From NCBI GenBank assembly GCA_010015585.1, contig ML975160.1: a stretch of DNA of 64,000 nucleotides; one strand, 5' to 3'. Positions 45,933 to 57,829 of the stretch are shown one piece after another. The notes below the pieces were generated by a model, which saw nothing but the letters and a program-made list of their open reading frames with translations, had not been told where the DNA came from and did no database searches. The number at the start of each line of letters is the position of its first letter. The stretch's first letter is position 1. A program made the position numbers and the translations under genes. Source of the stretch: Eremomyces bilateralis CBS 781.70. Its lineage: Eukaryota.

Positions 45933-47713
45933 TCAAGGTCCCGTCGTAGGCGGGCCACTGAGTTTGAAATATCCGGGCTGCAGCTGCTGGAAAACACCCG
46001 CGGGGTCGTACTTCTCGCTGATGCTGACTAGCTTCGCCTTATTCTCCGCGCCGTAACTAGCGATGACATCTTGGTACTGGCTAGCATAATTCATATACAG
46101 ATAGTCGGCGTCGAGTCCCATTCCCTTCGATTTGGCAATGGCAGCCTTGATGATGGTATCGGCACGAGCAATGACGGCAGCATCGTCGGCAGCGTTGGTC
46201 CACATGTATGCGAGGTTCAAGAGCAGGTAGGGTCCTTTTGCTGGATCGAGGCCAAGCGCGTTACCACCATTGTCAGCCATATGGGTTAAGACTCCTTCCG
46301 TGATGACTTGCATGACGCAAGCGGGGACAATCCCCGCAACATTCTCGATTGGGGCGGTGTTCTCGAGGAACAGTTCGGTGATATAGGCAGCCAGCTCGTA
46401 GTCGAGCTTGAAGGTGGCGGTCCAGTACGATTCGCGGAGACCATGCGGGTTGCTGGAATTGAACTCGAGAGCGATCTCGCTGAGAGATTTGGTTCCGGTG
46501 GTGTCCGAGAGATGGGGGATGTTCACGAACTCCTGGAAGATGCCTGGTGCCGTGCTGATAGGGTCGGTATACTCTAAATCGGCGATGGTGAAATAGAAAC
46601 CGCTCGAGAACCCCGTGACGAGGATCAAAGCCGCTTTCGGGTCGTCGGGGGAGTTGAAGCCGAAATTGATGTATGCATGCAGGGTGGCATCGCGTTCGGT
46701 GGGAGCGTACATTACAACACCTCCCCACATTTTTCCTTGATCAAAGGTCGCGAGTCCAAACTTGGTGACGATTCCAAAGTTGTTTCCGCCACCACGAAGG
46801 GCCCAGTAGAGGTCGGGGTACTTATCCTTGGTGACGGTGACGATGGCACCGGTCGCGGTGACCAACTGCGAGGTTGAGTGAGTTGGAGTGCTGCGGTGCG
46901 TGACCTGTCGAAAGGCGTACCTCATAACTAACGACATTGTCGCACGCCCAGCCGTAGATATTGGAGAAGAAGGAGATTCCTCCACCAAGCGTGAGACCTC
47001 CGGTTCCGATTTCAGCGACACGGCCACCGATGACAGCAAGTCCCAGGGGCTCAAGTTTCGTGTAAACGTCGTACCATTGATTACCAGGTTGAATGTATGC
47101 GACTTTCTTATCCTCCGAAACGGAGACGTCCATCATCATCCTAAGATCCACGGTAATGCCACCCTCGATGCTGGAGGCACCAGCAAAGGCCGCATGGCCG
47201 CCGCTCTTTGCAGCGAAGGGGCACTGGGACAGGCGAGAAATCAAAACAAGGACGGAAACCTCCAGGTTGCTCTTCGGTTGGAAGATGCAGTACGGATTGA
47301 CTTGAGCTTGCATGTCCGACCAGAAATTGGCCGTCCAGCCATCATACTGCGCCGTCTCGGATTGAAGGATCAGGCGGTCACCGTATGCGAGGTTTAGGGT
47401 CTTGCACTGTGGAGGGGGTCAGTCCAACGATCTCATCTTCATGTGTCCCTTTGCAAAAGGGGTTTCCATAACCAAGATTCCAAGAAAAATGTGATCTTAC
47501 AGCTATCGAGCATAGGGGACTCCGCTTGACGAGGCTGTCAGCACCTTGTGCCGCCAGAAGCTCGTCAAGCAAGGAGACGTCGAAGCCCTTGGCATCCAAG
47601 GTATCGACAATGGCCGGAGCATCCATACCGTCCTCTGCAGTAGGAAGATCATCGCCCAAGACAGATAGCAGGGATGTTGCAAGCAACAACAGGGGCGCTA
47701 AAAAGGACCGCAT
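45933..47713 (-). CDS. Secreted FAD-linked oxidoreductase (PCMH / berberine-bridge-enzyme-like)
   Basis: Signal peptide MRSFLAPLLLLATSLLSVLG; FAAKSGGH (covalent His-FAD), GGLTLGGGISF, DLYWALRGGGNNFGIVT, YMNYA, KYDPAGVFQ; 2 introns. Confidence 0.9.
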
Positions 47714-50700
47714 GCTGAATACGGTTCTCAGAAGCAAGGCAAGCCGATAACGTCGAGAGGAATTAAGGAGGGACGACAAGCGGGAAGCGGAAATATCCGT
47801 CTTCACCTTGTCTATGCTGCAACAGACTTGCAAGGGAAAGGAATAGGGATCGGTTGAGGTGCAGGAAATTTTAAAAAAGGGCTCGACCAGCGTGGATTAA
47901 AAGGAACTGCAGGACTCAATCCTAGTATTCCTAGCACGGCTCATCAACAGCCTGGCGTTGACCCGGAGAACCGATGTCAAGAATACCAGTACTCCGTAGT
48001 GGGCCTTTGTATATTCTGTTAGGACCGAGGCCTTAGATCCGCCCCCACCAGCCGCTCGATAAAGAAGTGTCCGGGATAAAGATTTCTGATGACTACGCTG
48101 TTCATAACTATAAACTGTCAAGCGTCTCAATCGACGGAAGCGTCTCAATCGGCCACGCTATTGGAATGGCGTGTGGACGAACTGGAACGTCGTCAAGGAC
48201 GAGGAAGAAAATATCGAAGCTTTTCTATCTATTAACCAGTGTGCAGAACCCAGCGAGGGGTATTCCGGATGCCAATCTGCAGGAAGTCTGGGGCAAGCCA
48301 TCGTCATTGGGCTATTGCAGATCGGTTAAGCCCACCCACGTGGGTAGAGTAGTGACCATGGCAACCTGGAGTCGTGGACAAGAGGAAATAGTTAATATTA
48401 GGGAATTAGAACATTTCAAGGAGAGTGATTGTATTGGTAGAATCTGGAGAGTGGAGCTCGAAAAATGCCCGAAGAAAATGCCCGAAGCTTTGAGCGAGTG
48501 GGCGAGAGAATGGACATGAGGAGGAGGATGGATAAATGTTAATGCCGACCCATGGTTGAAGGACAGGATTCAGTAATGAGGAAACATGAAATGATAATAA
48601 GAATTATATGGAGAACGAGATATTGAAGGACGCGACCCCTGTTCCTTCACGCGGTGGACGGGCTACCGGCTGGGCCATGCCTACTGTAGACCATGTAGTG
48701 CAGTTCCGACTTCCGCGGACTCTGGTAAGTAGTAGCTAGTTAGTAGTACAGAAGCTAACTAGTTAGTAGCAACGGTTATCGGACGGGTTGAATGCCGATA
48801 TCCGATAGACCGATGCGCTCCCTCTTCATTCGGACTAGAATCTCCAGGTCGATGACATATGGGTTTCCCAATTGACAGATGGAGCATGGACTCATACCTT
48901 CATTCAGTTCATCCCGGTGGGAGACTAGTGACTACGCATAACGCAGTTAGGCTAGATTCCCGACGGGCCGAATGGGGGATGGGAGATGGAATTAGCTGTT
49001 GAACCCTTTGACCATTATTGCAGATGAATATAGAACAGGTCACAAATATGAAAAATCGCAGATGGGGCGTGTTAGACAACCGCCCAGGCATTAGGAAGCA
49101 TTATTCCCGTACTCCGTATCCCGTATCCGTTAGGTATCGGTACTGACTGTCAACAGAATCATGCGAAGGATGCAGAGCCATACGTAGTACATACATAATA
49201 CGGAATACCCCATAGTCGGCAGTCTGATTAATCGATAGCGGACATCTAATTTATTCCCGATGCCCAGGAACTCCATACCGGCAGTACTATGGGCGCAGTT
49301 AGATCGTTCGTATTTGAGTCTGGACTCTCTAGACTCGAGGAGAGAGTAACGTGGCGGTGGTTTGCTGACTTGTTTGAGGCAAAGAACCACGAGGTGACGA
49401 GGATCATGAATCGATGCTAGCAAGATTTGAGTCAGATGGCCGATGGGTGTCATTACTCGTTACTTAGCCTAAGATCAATTGGACAGTTCCCGTTATCCCT
49501 ATCGAGCGAGCATCACAAATTGACATTTGACTGGCAATAATAATAGTACCTGGAATTATTGCCAGGGCTCGGGTGTGAACTGTTAACTGTGAAGCGAGCC
49601 AAGCCCTCGAGTCTTTGGACCCTGAGGCAGTGGGGCTTTTTCGTGTTATCCGTTGAGGCTTCTGCCGCCGGGCCGCATTAATATTGATAATATTATTGTT
49701 GACTGTTGACCGTTAACTGTTGAGCACTTGAGGTGGACTCCAATCTGAACGTCGGACGACTGTAGTCAGCGATCACAGGACTGGAAAAGCTAACATGGAC
49801 TCTGTCATGGATTACTTGCATAACTACTCCCTCGTGCGGTAATAATATGTGCCACGGAATGCCACCTCCTGATCTGGGGGTGGTTTCAAGTTTCAACCCC
49901 CGATAGGCGATACTTATCGAGGAGGATTCGGGGTTTCACGTGCTACGGAGGATTTGGTACAAATCTTGAACTCTTGACACTCGAATCTTGATAGTTGATA
50001 GATAACCAAGTCGTTGAGTTTTATCATGATACCTATGTGTTCCGTAGAATTAGTTAGTTAAGGCGGAAATTAGAATATGGATTCCGTGCATGTTCGCGAA
50101 GCCACATACACAGTGATACACTATACAGTAAGCCTGCAGTAAGCCCCAGGCCAGTGCAACCTGCAGTAGACTGGAGTCAGTGCAGTGGCTTATTTGGCAG
50201 CAATTAATGCAATCAATGACGCCATCTCCACCTCCAATCTCCATCAGACCATCACGAAATTCACCATTCTGCAATTCAGCCTATTCAGCAATCAGGGGAG
50301 CTTGAGGCTTCACATCTCCCACCGGTGGGCCTGTGCAAGATTCACGATAGATAGCTGTGTCAAACTGTCAGACATCGAGGTGTCACCTCCTTACCCAGAA
50401 TCCTTCCGAGGTATCATCTCCTCAGTCTTCACTCGGTCCTCACCAGCTTCACCCTCGGGCCAGCAACCGAAACGAAAGAAAATTCAGAATATGCTAAGTT
50501 ATGGACACAGAGGTCCTTGTATTCCAACAACTTTGCAATATGGGAATCGAAGGCTGGTCTTGGGGCATCGGCCCTAGAAGTATCTGGCCTACTACGTAGT
50601 ATCTTCGACGCCACTCCCGCTTCACTCGTCCAGTCTTTCTAAAAGATTCATGTCGGGGACGAGTGAACATCTCGAGAAAAGCAAAAAGATATGCACCGAC

Positions 50701-51790
50701 GGTCAAATTTTCGCATCCACTTAGGTCTCAAATCACGAAGTCTACGTGTCGGACATGGGTAATGGTGCTCTAACGTTTGACGAACCCTGGCCAGGCCTGG
50801 TCGAAGACCGTGCAAAAGAAAATACTTCCCCCACGATGCGATTATGGTATCAGTCTATATATCGCAGTATCGCACATCTACATGCTCATTTCCCCCCCCT
50901 TACATGTTGGTAGTATTCCCGAATCCCGACTCGCTCGCAGCTGTGTGTATCCACTTTTAACGGCTTCCAACTTGGCAAACCACGATATCGCGGGCTTTCC
51001 CATCACGTCTTGCCAGGTTTGAAACCGTGGAAACGCTACGACCATGGCGGTTGCCCGGTACCTCATTCCAAAGATTTTGAACTGTTCTAGTTCCACATGG
51101 CACGTTACGTCTTGGCCGTTGGGCAGATGTTTGGCTTGCGAATTTGCGATATCGCACAGCCCTGTTCAGTGCTAACATTTTAGCCTACCCAAACCGTGCC
51201 TGCGTACACCCACTTGGGTACACCCACTTGGAGAACCGATCCGGATCCAATCATCGTGGCTGTTGGGATGTCCCGTGTACTACGATATCATTCTAACGAG
51301 GCAGGTGGGCAGGAACCAGGGAGTCAGGAGCCCAGGAGGAGATAGGAGCGGAATTCTGTGCTGAGTGCTGACTCTTGCTTGACAACTGGTTCGTGAGAGG
51401 CGAGACCAGCGAACTTGGGAAGCTTGCCGGAGAGAGATTCGAATTTCAGTCCATTCTTATATTCGCATCGCAGCGCTTCCCGCCTTTTCAGTGTCGATCC
51501 TGTGTCTTATCTTCTCGATTTTCCATCTCATTGCCTCTCTCGTCCATGCGTTTCAAACATTTATGACCGGGAGTTCTGGATGACTCTAGCGCCCGCTGCT
51601 TGGACAAAGTTTCCACCTTTCTGCTTTCCGATCGGATCTCTGCGATCGGATCCACTCGCTCGTCACGATTTCTCTCGTTTCTTGACTCTCTTCACATCCG
51701 CTGGTGGTCACACCACCGCAGCACGACAGATCCAATTCTGAATCGAAAACTTGTCAAGTCGAGTGTTGGAACGTCCAACCCCGGTGAATA

Positions 51791-53149
51791 ATGTCGTCCA
51801 ACGATTATGTAACGTATAATCGATTGCTCGGTACGGGTGTTGCCATGATAACATTGACGACCATTGTTATCATAAGTCGCTTTGGAATCAGGATATGGAA
51901 AGGAGTATGGTGGCAGGCCGAGGATATTCTCATCTTCCTCGCCTATGCGGTATTCGTATCGCTGGCGGGAATGTACCTCTCCATCAATCACCTCCTGCAG
52001 AGGATTTACGCTGTTACCACTGGACGAGAGGCACTTTATGAAACGATCGAAAATGATTCACGCTATCTGACGAGAATAATGTTTCCTTGTACGATGATGC
52101 TGTGGGTTTCGCTGTGGCTTGTGAAGGCTTCCTTTCTGGTTTGGTATCGGCGCTTGATGAAAGGAATCAAGAAGCAAATGCGGCTGTGGTGGGTAGTCGT
52201 GATACTTTCCGCCGTGGTATGGATTAGCCTCGAGTTGTTATTGACCAGAACACTGTCTAACCGTGACAGATGTTAATCGGCGCTATCGTCTCGGAGTTTA
52301 CTTCGTGTAAATCTCTTTCAGCTTGGTTCACTCCGGGTATGTCGGCAACACTTTCCGGGTCCCTCTAGTCCTCTAACCGTTAACAGGAGAATGTCAATCC
52401 CCCCGAGATATTAAAGCTCAGCTTGCGAGCCTCTGGTATTCCTATGCAGTGGACGTGATCACAGATATTATGGGTAGGATAGCAATTCGCACCTGGAAGG
52501 CGGTTACTGATTGAGATAGTCATGCTGCTACCAATCGGACTCATCTGGAATATCCAGATCTCCCGCTCACAAAAAATCTCTCTGGTTGGAATATTCAGCT
52601 TGGGAATAATCTGCATCATCATGGCCACGATTCGGGTCGTCCAGCTTCGAACACACAATCCTGACTCAAGTCCAGCTCCGCCGTGGCTGGCTTTCTGGGG
52701 GATCATCGAGACAGCAACTGGTAGGTTGGACACATAGGGACTCTATGGGAAGGGGACTGACCATATCCAGCTGTCATCATCGGCTGCCTTCCGGCCTTTG
52801 CCGTGTTTTATCGGACTGTACGCAGCAATCACAAGGGTTACGAAGGCGGCTACGGCGGATACTCGAACAGGTATCGCGAAGGCTATGGAGACGATTCCAG
52901 CCATTTCCCCTCCGGTGCTGGCACAACCGGAAGCTCTGCGCCTCGCCATATCAAGCTTGAAAGCATGGCATCCAAGCCGACCAGAACTGGAAACAGTTTC
53001 TGGGTTGAAAGCTCCACTAGCCAAGAGCATCTAGCGAAGCCTGGCGAGATTGTTGTGACAACCAATGTCCGCGTAAGTATCCCTCTGCCATATTGACAAT
53101 GTTCAATTACTCACATCCCCTCCAGCAGACCCATTCGTCGGATTCATAA
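51791..53149 (+). CDS. Pth11-like integral membrane protein (fungal rhodopsin domain, no CFEM)
   Basis: Six exons give SRFGIR..WQAED, SLWLVKASFL, VDVITDIMVMLLPI, QKISLVGIFSLG, IETATAVIIGCLPA. Confidence 0.88.
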
Positions 53150-53320
53150 TCATAGAGCATAGTAATCACTGAGGCAGTTGGGCGTTTCTTGTACAATGCA
53201 GTGTATTATGATTTGACAACTTCAGCGTCAACATTCGATTTCGTTCGAGAATCGTTTGAGCAACAGTTCGAACCACCGATCGTGATGTGTGCAGGAGATA
53301 CCCGCCCTATTATTTCATAT

Positions 53321-55285
53321 TCACGCCATATTTTCGTTATTTACAGACGACCCAGCACATGTCGCCATATCCTTGCTGAGGGTCAACCCGATCGTCTCGT
53401 TCGGAACTTCAGTAACTTGAGGTGATGATTTCTTGCTGGTATCCGGGCTGTCATGCACCACATCGCTCCTCGCTACATAACTGGTATCTAGACCGTCGTA
53501 TACCACGTCGCTCCTCGCTACATAACTGGTATCTAGACCGTCGCGTACCACGTCGCTCATCACATTACTGGTATCCGGGCCGCCGTGTACCACGTCGCTC
53601 GTCATATAACTGGTCACTGTAGCCGTCGTTGTCGTCGTTTCTCGAGACATGCCTGATGACCAGGCAAGTGGATTGCTCGGATCCTCGTCAATGAAGGGGG
53701 GAAGCTGTACGACTTCTTCGGAAATAAGAGTCGGGCGGAGCTGTGTACCAGCTCGTGGATTCCCCATCCCGATCGCCAACAGTAAGACAATTGCTGAAAG
53801 CATGAGGATAACAATATTGCGACGATCCTGTGCTTGGTGGGCAAGGTACGTCTTGAGCAATGTTGTCAGGGGAATCGGGTCGGTATGCAAAGCTCGATGT
53901 CCGTGCAGATCTGGCAGGTTTTCCGATGGCATCGGAGTAGACATGTTTGCAGATCGTTCTTCAGAAGCCGCATCCTCGTTCCTTGACATCTCATTCTGCT
54001 TCTTCCACTCTTGATCGGTGAACATCTTCTCGAACGCTTCTCGTTCCCTTCGTTCCGCGAACTCGGCCTGCTCTTTAGCCTCAGCTTCTGCAAATCGATC
54101 GTCCTCCTCCGCCTGCAGGCGGTCGAGCTCTGTACGGATATCCGAAGGAATGCACAGGTCAACTTCTGCATCCACCCGTTCCATTTCCGACCATGCTGCG
54201 CTCCAGGCGCCGGCCCGCATGAGTCCATTAGCAGCATATACTCGAACATCCCAACGCTTTGATCCGGGAACCATCATCTCGCGTTGACATGTCTGGCAAA
54301 GCCTCTCCTCTTCCGCGATGATGACCTCACATTTGCACCGCGAGTCTGTATCACCTTGGCGGTCATGCACCGTATTGCTGCCAAGCGGCGACACTTCGTT
54401 ATCCGCTTCGCCGCCCCAAAAATGACCACAAGGACCCACGCGAGGTTTTCGAAGCTCGAGGCTCTCCAGCAGCCTTTCTTCGAGCATGTCATATTCCTCT
54501 CGTGGATGAGAAATGAGCACACCTCGTACCGATACCGTCTCACTCAGTGCCTCTTCAAGTCGCCGATAGTCGTTCAAAATGCGTTCCGGGAGCACTGATT
54601 CCATAAGCTCCTGTGACCATGGTCTTGTGACCGGTAGAAGCGTTATATGTAGTAGAACGAGCGGGTACCTTTTCTTTTCGGCGGGCGATATGCCATGGGT
54701 AGTGGAGCGGTGAGAGACAGTATGCGAACGTTCCGAAAAATCGCTCTGGCTCCGTAAACTCGAAGATGAGATCGCATGGTGAGATCGATGAGCACGATGC
54801 ATGCTCATGGGAGTGCTCGTCCGCGAAGGGTGCTGGTCACGACGACGGGACATGCGAGGCGAGGAATATGTTTCCCAAGTCGAAAATGGAGGAGGAGATG
54901 CCATTTGCATAGCGCGAATGGATGAGGGGTTACGGAAAGCTGGGCGCTCTTTTAAGGGGGTGTAAGGAGACCGACTGTCCTCTTCGGAAATCACCGATGG
55001 AGGGAACGACGAAATTGTAGTCGTCGATGTCAGTGCTGACATGCGTCGAGATGCTTGTGATGGATCCGGTAAAATCGGAGGTGAAGATGCCAATTTCGGC
55101 TCTGTGAAGGGCGAGTGTTCTATTGATGGTACCGCATGATCGGAGAACAAGATATCGGGCTCATTTTCTCCACCCCCGTAGTCTTGGACGGAGCTATTAG
55201 ACTCAAATGAATCCCCCTCAAGATGATCATCTTCCGCTTTCGCTGGTGAATCTTCAAAAATGGTGAAGGGGTCGTCGCGAGCCAT
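53321..55285 (-). CDS. Conserved uncharacterised fungal protein with a coiled coil, one C-proximal TM helix and terminal repeats
   Basis: 654-aa intronless ORF; core YPLVLLHITLLP..GVLISHPREEYDMLEERLLESLEL..WDVRVYAANGLMRAGAWSAAWSEMERVD; TM NIVILMLSAIVLLLAIGMG. Confidence 0.75.
   Translation of the reverse strand: MARDDPFTIFEDSPAKAEDDHLEGDSFESNSSVQDYGGGENEPDILFSDHAVPSIEHSPFTEPKLASSPPILPDPSQASRRMSALTSTTTISSFPPSVISEEDSRSPYTPLKERPAFRNPSSIRAMQMASPPPFSTWETYSSPRMSRRRDQHPSRTSTPMSMHRAHRSHHAISSSSLRSQSDFSERSHTVSHRSTTHGISPAEKKRYPLVLLHITLLPVTRPWSQELMESVLPERILNDYRRLEEALSETVSVRGVLISHPREEYDMLEERLLESLELRKPRVGPCGHFWGGEADNEVSPLGSNTVHDRQGDTDSRCKCEVIIAEEERLCQTCQREMMVPGSKRWDVRVYAANGLMRAGAWSAAWSEMERVDAEVDLCIPSDIRTELDRLQAEEDDRFAEAEAKEQAEFAERREREAFEKMFTDQEWKKQNEMSRNEDAASEERSANMSTPMPSENLPDLHGHRALHTDPIPLTTLLKTYLAHQAQDRRNIVILMLSAIVLLLAIGMGNPRAGTQLRPTLISEEVVQLPPFIDEDPSNPLAWSSGMSRETTTTTATVTSYMTSDVVHGGPDTSNVMSDVVRDGLDTSYVARSDVVYDGLDTSYVARSDVVHDSPDTSKKSSPQVTEVPNETIGLTLSKDMATCAGSSVNNENMA
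53437..53600. repeat. Coding tandem repeat, about 4 copies of 42-45 bp (SDVVxDGLDTSYVAR)
   Basis: Near-identical CGCTCCTCGCTACATAACTGGTATCTAGACCGTCG units are visible. Confidence 0.85.
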
Positions 55286-56004
55286 AATTCAGTCCGCAAT
55301 GGTAAGGTGCGATGATGCAAGAAATATCAAGGAAAGAGGCGTGGGAACAAGAATATATATGTACGAGTAAACAGTCCAAGTGAATTAATACCAACTCATA
55401 AAGCCCGATCGACAGGAGGATTAGATACTTACTGAGAATGAGTAGTCTGAATCGAATTCACCGAACGCGTGTCGGTCTAAATATCATGAAGGCGATGATG
55501 GTGTTTGGCTTTTGGGCTCTGTTGACCGAGCAACAGGAGCGAAAACAGTAAGTCGTGACAAACGAGCTCGGCGCCACACATGGACGCCACACGTGGACGC
55601 CACATATCCAGCGCCACACGCTGCAGCCTTATTGCTATTTCCGACCGATCCGTCCGTGATCGTCATGTCGTTACTTTATCAAGAGTGCAAAGAACAAAAA
55701 TGCAGCTTGAAAGTGGTCTCGCCCCTATCCCGAACAGACGGACCTACATTCTCGGACCTTAGTTCTCAGATCTGGTCGGTATTACGATTTACGGAGTACC
55801 GAATACCGAAATCTGTATCCGATGGCGGACTGATTCCGCCCTCTCCCAGACTCTGACAAAGCCCCACTATAAACGGACTTGTCTTGTTAATCAGCCGCTC
55901 CCATCGTCTCCTCCCTATATCTCGACTTCGTGTCGAGTTCAAAAAGGGCGAGCTGTCCGAAAATATACACCTTTGGCCATGCCCCAGCTCTACCACCCAC
56001 CTCA

Positions 56005-57062
56005 ATGCGCCCTCAACGCATCTTAAGAAGCGTCCCTCTATTGCTTTCCGCTCTCCCTTCCACGGTAGCACAGCAGGCGAGCCATCCCCAAGTGGCGTTT
56101 AATTTCAACCCTTTGGAGCAGACGTTTCATTGGAACGCCTCGTCAGACCCTCGACTTGCCCTCAATATGACCGCTAAATCCGACATTCGAGCTCCGGTCA
56201 TTGCCCTCTCTCATGGTGGAGGACCGATGCCGGTTCTAGGAGACCCGTCTCACGAGAGTATCGTGCGCTCACTAAAGACAAAGGTTCCTAAGATCTTGAA
56301 GCTGGGCACCGAGGACGCTCCTCGAGCAATCGTATTGGTCACTGCGCATTGGTCCCAACAGCAACCGGCCATATCAAGTGCCGAGAAGCATCAGCTGTTT
56401 TATGACTACGGCGGGTTTCCATCCGAGGCCTACTCGCTTCAGTATGATGCACCGGGGAGCCCAGAGATCGCGGAGGAGGTTAGGAAAGCTATGGCTGGTG
56501 AGGGTCTGAAGGCGAAGATGGATGATGTGAGAGGTGAATCGCGACATGCTTAGGAGGCCTTCGAACGTTGATTAATAAACTTTGTCTAGGTTGGGATCAC
56601 GGCGTCTTCATTCCCATGCTCCTGGTCCACCCATCAGCGACGATCCCCATTGTACAAGTTTCCGTTTTGTCTTCCGAGTCGGTCAAAGATCACTACGCGA
56701 TGGGGAGAGCCCTTGGATACCTTCGAGAGCAGAACATCGCTGTAGTCGGATCAGGCTTCGCCTCGTTTCATAACATTCGTACCATGTTCAGTGGAAGGAC
56801 TGGCGACCCGGGGTTTCAGCGGAAGCTACAGGACTGGAATGACGGCTTGAAGGACATTACCATGGAATCAGACGCGGTGAAGCGCGGCCAACGGTTCGAA
56901 GGCTGGAGAGAGCTGCCCATGGCCTATGAAGCTCATCCGCGCGGTGGAGCGGAGCATTTCCTTCCTTTGGTCGTCTGTGCTGGGGCGGCTGGCGATGGCA
57001 AGGCGATGGGGTATGCGGATGAGTTTCTCGGACTGGATATCTGGTCTTATTATTGGGAATAA
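56005..57062 (+). CDS. Extradiol ring-cleavage dioxygenase, class III subunit B (LigB / 4,5-DOPA dioxygenase-like)
   Basis: ALSHGGGPMP, LVTAHW, YDYGGFP, RGWDHGVFIP (across intron 56534-56589), GSGFASFHN, AHPRGGAEHFLPL. Starts at 56005 or 56167. Confidence 0.9.
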
Positions 57063-57829
57063 ACGCGGTCAATGAGTACGGATACACGGTGTTGGCGCTT
57101 TGGAGCCGGAAACAGGATGATCCCTAGATAACCCTTCACGCCCCCATATAACCCCCTTTCCTGTCCCTAGCGTATGCATGTCGTGATATGAAAGTCAATG
57201 AAGCGCAAACTAATAATACAGGACTGAAGAACCAGATCGAAAGATCCAATGCCGTCGAACTGCTATAATGATCCATAATGATCCATGGGGTATCAAGCCA
57301 GAAAAGAAGTAATCAAATCCGATGAGCATCTTGGCACGTTTACATCGTTGTGGTATCCATAGTCATGATCAGCATCGCCCTAAGAAAGTTTATAATCGAC
57401 CTCAGCCTCAACTTTCTTTACTTTCGTGCGAGGTCCCGATGTAGCATCCATATGCCCAGGGCTGGCATCCACTTTGACCTGTGGGATACTAGACCGCTCC
57501 GAGCTTGGTAGAGGAGGTAATTGAAGAGAAAGGTGTTGTAGGAGATGGTGCGGAGAGGAGGGGAGCTGCGGCGGTGGCAACTTAGGATGCGCGTGTGAAG
57601 AGCCTCCAGCATTCCCATACAAGGGATCGTTCGAGTTCGATCCAGCCACTGGAGATGAGTGGGCAGGTTGATGGTAATGAGCGAGGTATCCCCGTGGACT
57701 CATTGCCTGCGGTTGCAATTGGACGTCGGCGTGACCGGCAGAGGCGTACGACGATCGTGGCGGTTGGGGCTCCCTGAAATGCCAAAAGAAGGTCTCAGTC
57801 TGTGTTGCTGTACAAGATAACCGTGTTTC

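Noticed and set aside
47714..51790. ORFs of 60-150 aa and small duplications (AAGCGTCTCAATCG x2 near 48120; GTACACCCACTTGG x2 at 51204) in the 4-kb divergent interval
   Set aside because: No protein motifs; two-copy duplications are commonplace slippage products.
4376..53600. CRISPR-like arrays
   Set aside because: All repeats are head-to-tail without unique spacers; eukaryotic context; no cas genes.
40168..57062. A single aromatic-catabolism cluster (TF, FMO, FAD oxidase, LigB)
   Set aside because: The genes are spread over 17 kb, interleaved with unrelated genes, and two are pseudogenes.
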